64,000 bases of DNA from Chloroflexota bacterium (GTDB taxonomy: Bacteria; Chloroflexota; Dehalococcoidia; Lucifugimonadales; UBA2985): positions 8,181 to 72,180 of the forward strand of contig JAQBZZ010000001.1 in assembly GCA_027622595.1 (NCBI GenBank), in the 5' to 3' direction. Both the position numbers and the translations under genes were made by a program. The notes under the pieces are model-generated. The model was given only the letters and a program-made list of their open reading frames with translations. It was not told the origin of the DNA and searched no databases. Positions 27,622-37,975 of the stretch are shown here, piece after piece. The first letter of the stretch is position 1; each line of letters begins with the position of its first letter.

Positions 27622-28147
27622 GGGGGGTGCAGTGGCGAAGCCTTTTTTGTCCTGAGGGTTTTGGGAAGTGATGATCACCACTTCCCCTTCTCCTTGGTGC
27701 CTGTTGTGTCATAGCAACCTCAATTGGCCAGCGCATTCATTCCCTTTTTACAGTATTATCGGCAGTCCGTTTACTTGCATCCTGGTTTATGTCGAGATGG
27801 TATACTTTCCGCCAGAGAATTCTGTTAGATGAGGTGGAATCATGGCATTAAGTGAAGCCAACCTTGAAGCATTAAAGGCAGCCGTCTTATTTCCCGAACC
27901 TTTCAATCATCATCCTTTGGACTGGAACCGCTATTATAAGTTCATAGTCTCCATGTAGCGCCTAGGCGACCAGAGACCACCTGAGGGAGACGTGAAACAG
28001 GCGCTCGATGGGATGTTCCACTCTAGTAGCTCTTTGCCGTCCGATTTGACGATTGTCTACACTCATGGCGTTACTGTTCTCGACGTCTACGAGGGGTCTC
28101 TGTATTCATAGCCCTAACCTGACCATATTTCCGCTTTTGCCGTATTA

Positions 28148-29317
28148 TTGGGAGTCTTGTTAAGGTGGCCTTGTCGTATCAAGCTTCGAGACTGCCAGGT
28201 TGAGGCAAGAAACCTCAACGTTCTGTATAGTAAGATCACTTTGCCTAAACTAAAGCCCGACGAGAAGCAGCTATCCTCCATCTCACCTAAGCCCATAGAG
28301 TGGGTCCAAGGGCATCTCAGGCTCCTTGACCAGACCCTGCTGCCTTGGGAGGAGGTTGTCATGGATATAAGGACGCCCCAGGAAACCACCAGCGCCATAC
28401 GTGAGATGCGTGTCAGGGGAGCGCCTGCCATAGGGGTGACTGCCGCCTACGGGATGGCGCTTGCAGCAGCCCTTATGAAAGGCAAGGACAAAAAAACCAC
28501 CCTGGACGGACTGCGGGTGGCCTCTCAGGAGTTGGCCGCGTCAAGGCCAACAGCCGTCAACCTGCGGTGGGCGTTGGACAGGATGATGGCTCTCGCTGAG
28601 AGAGTACCAGAGAACGACGACATGGAAGCCGCGCTATCGGCAGAAGCCCAGGAGATTCACCATGAGACCAGGGAGTCCGACCTGAGAATGGCCGAGCTTG
28701 GAGCCTCGCTCATTCCGTCCGGTTCCACCGTATTGACCCACTGCAACACCGGCGCCCTTGCCACCGGCGGATATGGCACTGCCCTTGGCGTAATTCATAG
28801 GGCATGGGAGGACGGCAGGGTAAAGGACGTGATTGCCACCGAGACAAGGCCCTGGCTCCAGGGCGCGCGGCTCACAACCTGGGAACTGGCCCACATGGGC
28901 ATTCCCGCGACCCTGATAGTCGATTCCGCCGCCGGATACCTGATGAGCAAGGGCAAGATACAGTGCGCCATCGTTGGAGCCGACAGGATTGCTGCCAACG
29001 GCGACGTGGCAAACAAGATAGGCACCTGCTCCCTGGCCATCCTGGCCCACGAGCACGGCATACCGTTTTACATCGCTGCCCCATTCAGTACCGTCGACAT
29101 GAGCATAGCCTCCGGGGACGAAATCCCGATAGAGGAGCGCCCCGCGGAAGAGGTAACGCGGATTAGAGGGACACAGACCGCCCTGGAAGGCACACCCGTC
29201 CTGAACCTTGCCTTCGATTTGACGCTCAGCAAGTACATCACCGCAATCATCACGGACAGGGGCATCGCGGAAGCTCCGTATAAAGAATCGCTGAGGAAGC
29301 TGGCCGACAATGCCTGA
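28148..29317 (+). CDS. mtnA: Methylthioribose-1-phosphate isomerase
   Basis: LLDQTLLPWEE, VRGAPAIGV and GADRIAANGDVANKIGT. The start is uncertain. The track uses TTG 28148, and the homologous part begins near IEWVQGHL. Confidence 0.88.
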   Translation: MGVLLRWPCRIKLRDCQVEARNLNVLYSKITLPKLKPDEKQLSSISPKPIEWVQGHLRLLDQTLLPWEEVVMDIRTPQETTSAIREMRVRGAPAIGVTAAYGMALAAALMKGKDKKTTLDGLRVASQELAASRPTAVNLRWALDRMMALAERVPENDDMEAALSAEAQEIHHETRESDLRMAELGASLIPSGSTVLTHCNTGALATGGYGTALGVIHRAWEDGRVKDVIATETRPWLQGARLTTWELAHMGIPATLIVDSAAGYLMSKGKIQCAIVGADRIAANGDVANKIGTCSLAILAHEHGIPFYIAAPFSTVDMSIASGDEIPIEERPAEEVTRIRGTQTALEGTPVLNLAFDLTLSKYITAIITDRGIAEAPYKESLRKLADNA

Positions 29318-30173
29318 AGCCCGTATCGGGGTCATAGGCGGCACCGGCCTCTATCAGATGGACGGCCTCCAAAACACGGAGGAGGTTTTCCCAGATACCC
29401 CCTTTGGCAAGCCAAGCGATGCCATCGTCACCGGAACCCTCGATGGCGTAGGCGTGGCCTTTCTACCCCGCCACGGCAGGGGGCACCGCTTCTCACCATC
29501 GGAGATACCCGCCAGGGCCAACATATACGCACTCAAAGCCCTTGGCGTACAGAGGATAATATCTGTGAGCGCGGTGGGCAGCCTCAGAGAGGAGATACGC
29601 CCACTGGACATGGTAATACCTGACCAGATTATCGACAGGACCAAGGGCCGGGTGAGCACCTTCTTCGGCAATGGTATCGTGGCCCACGTCGGCTTTGCCG
29701 AACCTTTCTGTCCATATATGACAGAGGCACTTCACCAGGGTGCGGAGAAGATGGGAGCCAGGGTTCATCCCAAAGGGACGTACGTTGTCATGGAAGGCCC
29801 ACAGTTCTCCACCAAGGCTGAGTCACACCTGTACCGATCCTGGGGCGCAGACGTCATCGGCATGACCGCCCTGCCTGAGGCCAAACTCGCCAGGGAAGCG
29901 GAGATATGCTACTCTATGCTGGCGTGCTCAACAGACTACGACTGCTGGCATGAGAGCGAGACCCCGGTCACCGTGGAGATGGTGGTGGCAAATCTGAATA
30001 AGAACACCGCACTCTCCAAATCCATACTTGGAGATGTTATCCCAAGGTTGTCCGAAGAGCGGAGTTGTCCATGTGGTTCCGCCCTTGGGAACACCATCAT
30101 AACCGCCAGGGAAGCGATTCCGACGGAAGCCCGGGAGCGTCTCGCTCTGTTGGTAGACAGGTATTTAAAATAG
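29310..30173 (+). CDS. mtnP: S-methyl-5'-thioadenosine phosphorylase
   Basis: IGVIGGTGLY, FLPRHGRGH, GPQFSTKAES and GMTALPEAKLARE. It overlaps mtnA by 8 nt. Confidence 0.92.
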   Translation: MPEARIGVIGGTGLYQMDGLQNTEEVFPDTPFGKPSDAIVTGTLDGVGVAFLPRHGRGHRFSPSEIPARANIYALKALGVQRIISVSAVGSLREEIRPLDMVIPDQIIDRTKGRVSTFFGNGIVAHVGFAEPFCPYMTEALHQGAEKMGARVHPKGTYVVMEGPQFSTKAESHLYRSWGADVIGMTALPEAKLAREAEICYSMLACSTDYDCWHESETPVTVEMVVANLNKNTALSKSILGDVIPRLSEERSCPCGSALGNTIITAREAIPTEARERLALLVDRYLK

Positions 30174-30244
30174 CGTGCCCATATACTTATTTCAAGCTAT
30201 GGAATAAGTGCCGAAATAATTGAGACACTTGGAGGTTCATTGGT

Positions 30245-30589
30245 ATGCCAAGACAGGATTCGGGAGAACCATACCTGCGTGTAAGCCTGGAAGAGGCCAA
30301 GGATATGCTGGACAAAGGCACTGCCGTTGTTATAGACGTGCGCCAGCCCGATGAGTGGGCATCCGGCCACGTGGCGGGGGCAATGCACATCCCCGTCGAC
30401 GATGTCCTAGCCCGCATCGACGAGTTGCCCGCGGACAAAGACTTGCTTTTCATATGCGCCATGGGCGTACGAAGCGGTCTGGCATGTGAGATGGCGGCGG
30501 CCATGAACCTTGACACGGCCCGCCTTTTCAACATAGAGGCCGGCACTCCAGCCTGGATACAGGGAAACTACCCAACCGAGAAGGGTTAG
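30245..30589 (+). CDS. Single-domain rhodanese (sulfurtransferase)
   Basis: 114 aa with DVRQPDEWASGHVAGAMHIP and the active-site loop CAMGVRS. Confidence 0.85.
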   Translation: MPRQDSGEPYLRVSLEEAKDMLDKGTAVVIDVRQPDEWASGHVAGAMHIPVDDVLARIDELPADKDLLFICAMGVRSGLACEMAAAMNLDTARLFNIEAGTPAWIQGNYPTEKG

Positions 30590-30603
30590 GGCGCACCCGT
30601 ATG

Positions 30604-30742
30604 CCTCGACAGGCTCACCACGAGTGGAGGAAAAGTTCCGCTCGCCAGGCCAGTGCAAAAGCAGCTTATTGTGAGTGCAGAGCCTGTCCTGAGCCTGCCG
30701 AAGGAGCGTGCCCTGCCCGTTCATCCTGAGCTTGTCGAAATC
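30604..30742. repeat. Copy (e) of the modular repeat family
   Basis: CCTCGACAGGCTCACCACGAG is the inverted form of the CTCATGGTGAGCCTGTCGAA module. It also contains GTCCTGAGCCTGCCGAAGGAG and CATCCTGAGCTTGTCGAA modules. Confidence 0.7.
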
Positions 30743-30978
30743 TGAACACGGTAGGCGATAGCCTAGCGTCCGGAATTAAGCAAATTACTGAGACTGCGTA
30801 GTGGGCTGCATTTAATCTGACGTCGAAATTGTCAGGTTGGCTTTGATGCGAACGATTCAATCAACACGGCCACTAGCGTTTCGTTCAATTGTGATATTAT
30901 GGTGTCGAACCAATATCAGTAGCGATTCTAGCGTGTGTATCAGGTCTTAGAACACGAAGCTAATGTTAGGAGGTAGCA

Positions 30979-31428
30979 ATGTCAAGTCTGATTAACATAT
31001 ACAAAGTCCATGTCAATGCCGATCCTGAGAAGGTATTCAGCTATGTCGCAGATTTGACCCTTCACGGCGAGTGGTCGGATAATTTAACGGTTAGATCGGT
31101 GTCCGAGGGACCAATCGGAATAGGTAGCCAGTATCATTGAACAGGTCGCATGATGGGGAAGCTGGTTGAGAATGATGTTCGGGTTGTGGAATGCCAATCT
31201 CCGAGTCGCCTGTGCTTCACCGCCAGCGATGGAAAGCAAGAATTCCTCCAGGAGTTCACATTCAGATCGGATAATGGCGGTACCTCGCTGGAGCGCAGGG
31301 TGTCCGCCGAGATGAATCCGATTATGGTCCTACTTCTAAAGTTGGTGCTCGGCCCATTGGTTGCAAATCCTTCTATGAATAAGTCTCTTGGCAATCTAAA
31401 AGCGAAGCTCGAGAGCCAAGGGTCCTAG
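30979..31428 (+). pseudogene. SRPBCC (START/polyketide-cyclase-like) family gene interrupted by one in-frame TGA
   Basis: The ATG at 30979 follows AGGAGG. MSSLINIYKVHVNADPEKVFSYVADLTLHGEWSDNL...GSQYH is followed by TGA (31138-31140). The same frame then continues TGRMMGKLVENDVRVVECQSPSRLCFTASDG... to 31428. The track reports only the 92-aa tail, 31150..31428. Confidence 0.6.
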
Positions 31429-31570
31429 AGCTCATGAATCTCATTCCTTAGTTTTCAAGCATGGACCAATTGGGGCTGGCAGTCTCAGGATGGTCTCAAT
31501 GTATGGCACAATATCAAGCAAGCTTGTCGAAGGACGTGAGCGGAGAACGCATGGGTTTCTGTATCAATAG

Positions 31571-32569
31571 ATGAACAAAGAAGAAAACATCCTTAAGGAC
31601 GTCGTCGGCATCGGCAATGCGATGGTGGACATCCTGGCTCCCGCCGACGAGGCGTTCCTGGCAAAGCACAACATGCCCAAAGGGGGGATGACCCTGGTGG
31701 AGTCTCCCCAGGCCGCCGTCATCTACGAGGCGATGGGTCCCGGAGTGGAGATGTCGGGCGGCTCCGTTGGAAACACAATGGCGGGGCTGGCCTCCCTTGG
31801 CGGCACCGGGTCATACATCGGCAAGGTGCATAACGACCAGTTGGGCGGGATATTCCATCACGACCTGGAGTCCCTTGGCATCACCTTCCGCACCGCGCCC
31901 GCCCTCGACAGCTCGCCGACGGCGCGCTGCCTGGTCATCGTCACTCCAGACGGACAACGCTCCATGGCCACCTACCTTGGTGCATGCGTGGAGCTTGGCC
32001 CTGAAGACGTAGGTGCAGATACCATCCGGAACCACAGGGTGACGTATCTGGAGGGCTATCTATGGGACGCCCCGCTCGCAAAGGAAGCCATGCTCAAGGC
32101 GGCAAAGCTGGCCCACGATGCCGGACGCCAGGTGGCCCTGACCCTCTCCGACCCCTTCTGCGTAGACCGCCATCGCGAGTCGTTTAGAGACCTCATCCTG
32201 AACCATGTCGACATTCTCTTTGCCAACGAACAGGAGATTATCTCGCTGTACCGGGAAGAGAACGTTCATGCCGCACTGGAACGCGGGCGTGGCGATTGCA
32301 ACCTGGTGGCGGTCACCCGCAGCGCGGAGGGGTCGCTCATCGCCACGAGTGACATGGTGCACCAGGTCAACGCCGTGTCGGTGGAGCGTGTTGTGGACAC
32401 CACGGGAGCCGGAGACCTGTACGCAGCGGGGTTTCTCTTCGGCATCACCCACGGTTACGATATCGCAACCAGCGGCCGCATCGGCGCCATTGCTGCTGGA
32501 GAAATCATCAGCCACGTCGGCGCGAGGCCGGAGGCAGACCTGCAAGAGCTGGTGCGACGCACCCTGTAG
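31571..32569 (+). CDS. PfkB-family adenosine kinase
   Basis: 332 aa with the GIGNAMVD start and DTTGAGDLYAAGFLFG (PfkB signature 2). It sits next to ahcY. Confidence 0.8.
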   Translation: MNKEENILKDVVGIGNAMVDILAPADEAFLAKHNMPKGGMTLVESPQAAVIYEAMGPGVEMSGGSVGNTMAGLASLGGTGSYIGKVHNDQLGGIFHHDLESLGITFRTAPALDSSPTARCLVIVTPDGQRSMATYLGACVELGPEDVGADTIRNHRVTYLEGYLWDAPLAKEAMLKAAKLAHDAGRQVALTLSDPFCVDRHRESFRDLILNHVDILFANEQEIISLYREENVHAALERGRGDCNLVAVTRSAEGSLIATSDMVHQVNAVSVERVVDTTGAGDLYAAGFLFGITHGYDIATSGRIGAIAAGEIISHVGARPEADLQELVRRTL

Positions 32570-32714
32570 GAGTGGTTGAACGGTGGACAGGCCAGCACAA
32601 TATCAACTATGCTGCACGCGCTGAGAAACAGAGGGTGCGGTTGCGCGCTTTGCCCCACGAAAAATGACAAAAAAGGTTTAAGCCCTTTTATTTTGTAAGG
32701 AGGGTAGCTAGAGG

Positions 32715-33983
32715 ATGGTAACCAAAGTCGAAGGAGATGTGAAAGACCCAGATCTGGCCAGCCAGGGAGTTCTGCGTATCGAATGGGCTGCCAGGGAGAT
32801 GAAGGTTCTGCGTCTCATAAGGGAGCGCTTCATCAAAGAGAAGCCCCTTCAGGGTGTACGGTTATCTGCATGCCTCCACGTAACCACGGAGACGGCCAAT
32901 CTGGCAATCACCCTCAGGGATGGCGGGGCCAGTGTGGCACTCTGCGCCAGCAATCCATTGAGCACCCAGGACGATGTGGCCGCCGCGCTGGTGAGCGAGT
33001 ACGGAATACCGACCTTCGCTATCCACGGAGAGGACAACGCCACCTACTACAAGCATATTCATTCCACCCTTGATCATGCGCCCCACTACACTATGGACGA
33101 CGGCGCAGACCTGGTGACGGTTCTCCACAAAGAACGAACAGACCTCCTGCCCGGCGTTAGGGGCGGGACCGAGGAGACAACTACAGGCGTCATACGTTTG
33201 AGGAGCATGGCCCAGGAGGGCAAGCTTCAGTATCCCATCATCGCCATCAACGACGCGGACACCAAGCACCTGTTCGATAACCGCTACGGGACTGGACAGA
33301 GCACCCTGGATGGCATCACTCGCGCCACCAACGTGCTCTGGGCCGGGAAGAACGTGGTGGTCTGCGGGTACGGCTGGTGTGGTCGGGGCATTGCATCGAG
33401 GGCTCGCGGCATGGGATCACACGTCATCGTAACCGAGGTGGATGCCATCAGGGCCCTGGAGGCCGTCATGGACGGCTACCAGGTCATGCCGATTCTGGAG
33501 GCATCTCAAATAGGTGACATCTTTATTACCGCCACCGGAGACGTCAAGGTCATAGACGGCCCCAGCCTGGATTGTATGAAGGATGGTGCTATTCTGGCCA
33601 ACAGCGGCCACTTTAACTCCGAGATAAACATACCTTACCTGGAGTCCGTGTCGACGGGCAAGCGACATGTCCGCCCCTCTGTTGAGGAGTACACCATCAA
33701 GGACGGTCGAATGCTGTACCTACTGGCAGAAGGACGCCTCATCAATCTAGCCGCTGCCGAAGGCCATCCCTCCAGTGTGATGGACATGAGCTTTGCCAAC
33801 CAAGCCCTCTCTATAGAGCATTTGGTTGGCCTTAAGGATGAGTTGAAACGCGACGTTCACATTGTGCCTACGGAGATAGACAAGACGGTGGCCCAGCTCA
33901 AGCTCAGCTCCCTGGGTATTGCTATGGACTCCCTCACTGAGGAGCAGAAAAAGTACCTGGAGAGCTGGGAAGAGGGCACGTAA
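32715..33983 (+). CDS. ahcY: Adenosylhomocysteinase
   Basis: 422 aa with [26 protein letters not shown] (NAD fold) and GHFNSEI. Confidence 0.95.
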   Translation: MVTKVEGDVKDPDLASQGVLRIEWAAREMKVLRLIRERFIKEKPLQGVRLSACLHVTTETANLAITLRDGGASVALCASNPLSTQDDVAAALVSEYGIPTFAIHGEDNATYYKHIHSTLDHAPHYTMDDGADLVTVLHKERTDLLPGVRGGTEETTTGVIRLRSMAQEGKLQYPIIAINDADTKHLFDNRYGTGQSTLDGITRATNVLWAGKNVVVCGYGWCGRGIASRARGMGSHVIVTEVDAIRALEAVMDGYQVMPILEASQIGDIFITATGDVKVIDGPSLDCMKDGAILANSGHFNSEINIPYLESVSTGKRHVRPSVEEYTIKDGRMLYLLAEGRLINLAAAEGHPSSVMDMSFANQALSIEHLVGLKDELKRDVHIVPTEIDKTVAQLKLSSLGIAMDSLTEEQKKYLESWEEGT

Positions 33984-33995
33984 GAATCTTTCGCA

Positions 33996-34022
33996 CTATG
34001 TCCGCCCAAGGTGCGGACATAG
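33996..34022 (+). terminator. Hairpin after ahcY (terminator-like, no U-tract)
   Basis: CTATGTCCGC-CCAAGGT-GCGGACATAG is a 10-bp stem that starts 13 nt after the ahcY stop. The tail is not T-rich. Confidence 0.35.
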
Positions 34023-34150
34023 GAGATGACAGTTATCGTGCTGAGCAAAGGAAAAGAAGTTCCATAAATCTATGAGGTATATTCTGATGTATATGGCTTA
34101 GGATAATAGCCACAGCACTGAATCCAAGTAGACTATCTAGGAGGAAAAAA

Positions 34151-35401
34151 ATGGGTTTTGCATTCACAGATTCACCATCTTATCTGTATACCTCTGAATC
34201 GGTAACAGAGGGCCATCCAGACAAGCTGTGCGACCAGATATCGGACGCCATCCTGGATGCCATCCTGGCCAAAGACCCGCAGGCCAGGGTCGCCTGCGAA
34301 ACATGTGTTACCAACGGACTGGTAGTGGTGATGGGCGAGATCACCACCAACAGCTACGTTGATGTCTCAAACGTCATACGCGAGACCATACACGGCGCAG
34401 GCTACAACAACCCCGACTTCGGCTTCGATTCCAAGAGTTGTGGTGTGATTGTGTCTCTACAGGAGCAGTCCAAGGACATCGCACTGGGTGTTGACTCTTC
34501 CCAGGAGGCCAAGGAGAAGGGCTCACGTTACACGAACGATGACCCCGACAAGATAGGCGCCGGTGACCAGGGCATGGTGGTGGGCTTTGCCTGCAACGAG
34601 ACCTCCGAGCTGATGCCACTGTCGATAGACCTCTCCCACAAGCTGTGCCAGCGTCTGGCCTACGTCCGCAAAGAGGGTATCATTCCGTACCTCAGGCCGG
34701 ACGGCAAGGCCCAGGTCACCGTGGAATACGCATACGGCGTGCCAAAGAGAATAGAGGCGGTGGTGGTAAGCACCCAGCACTCGCCAGAGGTATCCCAGGA
34801 GGTTATCGAGCGGGATATCACCTCCCTTGTCATAAATGAGGTGGTGCCCAAAGGCCTGTGGGACAACAACACAAAGGTCTTTATCAACCCCACAGGAAGG
34901 TTTGTCGTTGGCGGGCCGGTGGCCGATACCGGCCTCACAGGACGCAAGATACTTGTGGATACCTACGGAGGAGTAGCGCGTCACGGCGGTGGAGCATTCT
35001 CCGGCAAGGACCCAACCAAAATAGACCGTTCGGCGGCCTACATGGCACGTTATGCGGCCAAGAACATCGTTGCCGCCGGCCTATCCGACAGGTTGGAGAT
35101 ACAAGTCTCCTATGCCATAGGCAAGGCACACCCTATCTCCATATCTGTGGAGACATTCGGTACCGGACGGGTGGAAGACAGCACCATAATCGAGCTTCTA
35201 CACAAGCACTTCGACTTCCGCCCTGCTGCCATCATCAACAACCTGAACCTTCGACAGCCCATTTACAAGCGGTCGGCCGCCTACGGCCACTTCGGAAGGG
35301 AAGATGTGCAGTTTCCCTGGGAGCGCACCGACAAGGCGGAAATCCTCAGAGCAGAGGCTGGCCTCAGGGTGGTAAGGAAAAAAGGACAGGCCACGGCCTG
35401 A
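34151..35401 (+). CDS. metK: S-adenosylmethionine synthetase
   Basis: 416 aa with [23 protein letters not shown] and [19 protein letters not shown]. Confidence 0.96.
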   Translation: MGFAFTDSPSYLYTSESVTEGHPDKLCDQISDAILDAILAKDPQARVACETCVTNGLVVVMGEITTNSYVDVSNVIRETIHGAGYNNPDFGFDSKSCGVIVSLQEQSKDIALGVDSSQEAKEKGSRYTNDDPDKIGAGDQGMVVGFACNETSELMPLSIDLSHKLCQRLAYVRKEGIIPYLRPDGKAQVTVEYAYGVPKRIEAVVVSTQHSPEVSQEVIERDITSLVINEVVPKGLWDNNTKVFINPTGRFVVGGPVADTGLTGRKILVDTYGGVARHGGGAFSGKDPTKIDRSAAYMARYAAKNIVAAGLSDRLEIQVSYAIGKAHPISISVETFGTGRVEDSTIIELLHKHFDFRPAAIINNLNLRQPIYKRSAAYGHFGREDVQFPWERTDKAEILRAEAGLRVVRKKGQATA

Positions 35402-35417
35402 GCGCGAGGTCCACAAA

Positions 35418-36521
35418 ATGAAGGCCGTTATCCTGGCCGGCGGGGAGGGCACCCGCCTGCGTCCCCTGACCTGCAACATACCGAAGCCAATGGTGCCCAT
35501 TCTCAACAGGCCCTTCATGGAGCACATGCTGGGCCACCTTCGGGGCCACGGAGTCGACTCCGCAGTCCTCACCGTCTGCTATCTTCCCGATATAATCGAG
35601 GCCCATTTCGGACGTGGAGAGAGCATAGGCATGGGCCTCTCTTACGTGCTTGAGGAGATGCCCCTTGGAACAGCGGGGGCTGTCAAGAATGTGGAGAAGG
35701 AACTGAACCAGACGTTCTTCGTCCTCAACGGTGATATCTTCACCGACCTTGACCTGGGAGCTATGGTTCGATTTCATCGAGAGGAGAAAGCCCAGGTCAC
35801 TCTTTTCCTCACACCTGTGGAAGATCCATCGGCCTTCGGAGTCGTGGAAACCGATTCTACAGGTCGGGTCCTACGTTTCCTGGAGAAGCCTGCCCCTGGT
35901 GAAACGACGAGCAACTGGATCAACGGGGGTATATATATCATGGAGCCTCAGGTGCTGGCCCACGCTCCATCCGGCGAGCCCTACTCGTTCGAGCGAGGCC
36001 TCTTTCCCAAGCTCCTTGAGATGGGCATACCTGTGTATGGATACCAGGCTCGCCCATACTGGATGGACCTCGGTACTCCGGCCAGTTATTTGCGAGTACA
36101 TCATGACCTCCTCACGACAACCTCAACCGACCATTGGACAGAGGCCAGCAGCGCAAGTCATGAACACAGTTCAATACATCCCTCGGCCAGGGTGTTGGGG
36201 CCTGTCCTACTGGGAAAGGGTTGCTCCATAGGGCCTGGAGCTCTTGTTCAAGGGCCGTCTGTACTGGGGGCCGGATGTGTAGTTGGCAAGGAAGCCACCA
36301 TACAGGGTTCCATCCTGTGGCAGAATGTGATGGTGGAGAGTGGAGCGGCACTGGAGGGATGTATCGTTGGTGACGGCGCGCGCATCGGTGAGGGAGCGAG
36401 GGTGGGCGAACGTTGCATCCTGGGTGACAATGTTGTTTTGGGCAAAGGTAACCGCATGGAGCGCGGCATGGTCATGTGGCCCGGCAAGTCCATGGAACCG
36501 GAAGCAGTCTCCTTTCATTAG
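35418..36521 (+). CDS. Sugar-1-phosphate nucleotidyltransferase (mannose-1-phosphate guanylyltransferase-like) with a C-terminal left-handed beta-helix
   Basis: MKAVILAGGEGTRLRPLTCNIPKPMVPI and hexapeptide repeats in the last ~100 aa. It is followed by PMM and PGI/PMI genes. Confidence 0.85.
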   Translation: MKAVILAGGEGTRLRPLTCNIPKPMVPILNRPFMEHMLGHLRGHGVDSAVLTVCYLPDIIEAHFGRGESIGMGLSYVLEEMPLGTAGAVKNVEKELNQTFFVLNGDIFTDLDLGAMVRFHREEKAQVTLFLTPVEDPSAFGVVETDSTGRVLRFLEKPAPGETTSNWINGGIYIMEPQVLAHAPSGEPYSFERGLFPKLLEMGIPVYGYQARPYWMDLGTPASYLRVHHDLLTTTSTDHWTEASSASHEHSSIHPSARVLGPVLLGKGCSIGPGALVQGPSVLGAGCVVGKEATIQGSILWQNVMVESGAALEGCIVGDGARIGEGARVGERCILGDNVVLGKGNRMERGMVMWPGKSMEPEAVSFH

Positions 36522-36553
36522 TCCGTAAGCTTTTAGTACATTCTTGTGGCAAT

Positions 36554-37975
36554 ATGACCATAAAATTCGGTACCGACGGCTGGCGTGGCATAATCGCCGA
36601 GGACTTCACCTTCGATAACGTGCGGTACTGCGCCCAGGGAGTGAGCAGCTATCTGCTGGAACTGGGACTGGCCCAGCGCGGGCTGGTGGTTGGCTACGAT
36701 ACCCGTTTCGCATCCGAGGACTTCGCCCTGGCGGTCGCAGAAGTGGCCGCTGCGAACGGGATCACCACCTACCTCTGTGACAAGGCCGCGCCTACTCCTG
36801 TACTCAGCTATAACGTACTCCATCACCAGGCTGGCGGCGGTGCCATGATCACCGCAAGCCATAATCCTGCCAGGTGGAACGGCTTCAAGTACAAGCCCGA
36901 ATATGCGGGGAGCGCTTCCCCCGAGATTGTGGCTGCTCTGGAGAAGCACATAGCGGCCGTCCTGACCGACAAAGCGGTCAAGTCCACTTCCTGGGCCAAT
37001 GCCCTTGAGCGTGGCATTGGAAAGTCCATAGACCCGGCGTCGCCATACCTGGAGCACATGGCCAGAATGGTGGACTTACAGGGAATAAAGGCCGCCAGCC
37101 TCAACGTGGTTGTTGATCCCATGTACGGTGCAGGCGCAGGATATCTTCCATCGCTGCTGAGCGGTGGAAACATCCAAGTGCATGAGATACACGGAGAAAG
37201 GAACCCCATCTTTCCAGGCATGGGCCAGCCAGAGCCGGTGGCTCATAACCTGGTTGACCTGTCCCGCGCAGTCCTTAAGCAGAACGCCGACGCGGGGCTG
37301 GCACTGGATGCCGATGCCGACCGCTTTGGCCTGGTGGACGAAAAGGGCAACTTCATCACCCCTCTTCAAGTCTTTGCCCTTCTGGCCCTGTACCTGCTGG
37401 AGACAAAGGGAGAGCGGGGCGCACTGGTTAAATCTCTGACGGCCACCAGCATGATCTTTCGACTTGGCGAGCTTTTCAACGTTCCGGTACACGAGACCCC
37501 CGTCGGGTTCAAGTACATAGGCACCATAATGACCAGTGAAAATGCCCTTATCGGTGGAGAAGAGAGCGGCGGTTTCGGCTTTCGAGGACACATCCCGGAG
37601 CGTGACGGCGTCCTCAGCGCTCTCTTTCTGCTGGATATGATGGTCAAGACCGGCAAAAGGCCATCAGAGCTTGTGGAGTACCTGTACAGCCGTGTTGGCC
37701 CCCACCATTACCGTAGAGACGACGTCACATTCGACTCCGAAAAACGGAGTATCCTGGAGAAACGCCTACAGGAGGCCAGGCCAGACACCATAGGCGGCAT
37801 AAAGGTGGTCCGTCACGATAATGTGGATGGGACTCGCTTCACCCTGGAGGACGGGTCCTGGGCCATCGTCCGCTTCTCTGGGACTGAACCACTGCTGCGC
37901 ATCTATGCCGAGGGGAAAACCCCCGATAGGGTGGATGTTCTCATAGCTGAAACGCGGAATCTGGTGGGGGTCTGA
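36554..37975 (+). CDS. Phosphomannomutase/phosphoglucomutase
   Basis: The start is FGTDGWRG, the phosphoserine loop is TASHNPARWNG, and DADADR is the Mg site. I set the start to ATG 36554. Confidence 0.9.
   Translation: MTIKFGTDGWRGIIAEDFTFDNVRYCAQGVSSYLLELGLAQRGLVVGYDTRFASEDFALAVAEVAAANGITTYLCDKAAPTPVLSYNVLHHQAGGGAMITASHNPARWNGFKYKPEYAGSASPEIVAALEKHIAAVLTDKAVKSTSWANALERGIGKSIDPASPYLEHMARMVDLQGIKAASLNVVVDPMYGAGAGYLPSLLSGGNIQVHEIHGERNPIFPGMGQPEPVAHNLVDLSRAVLKQNADAGLALDADADRFGLVDEKGNFITPLQVFALLALYLLETKGERGALVKSLTATSMIFRLGELFNVPVHETPVGFKYIGTIMTSENALIGGEESGGFGFRGHIPERDGVLSALFLLDMMVKTGKRPSELVEYLYSRVGPHHYRRDDVTFDSEKRSILEKRLQEARPDTIGGIKVVRHDNVDGTRFTLEDGSWAIVRFSGTEPLLRIYAEGKTPDRVDVLIAETRNLVGV

Noticed and set aside
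32570-32714. A possible SAH riboswitch upstream of ahcY, and a SAM riboswitch upstream of metK (33984-34150).
   Set aside because: I could not find the conserved cores (the SAH-riboswitch GAGGAGCGCUGC...AACGGCGCUCAC type, or SAM-I CUUAUCAAGAG...GGC...GCAACC) by eye. Only generic hairpins are present. An Infernal scan would be needed to exclude them formally.
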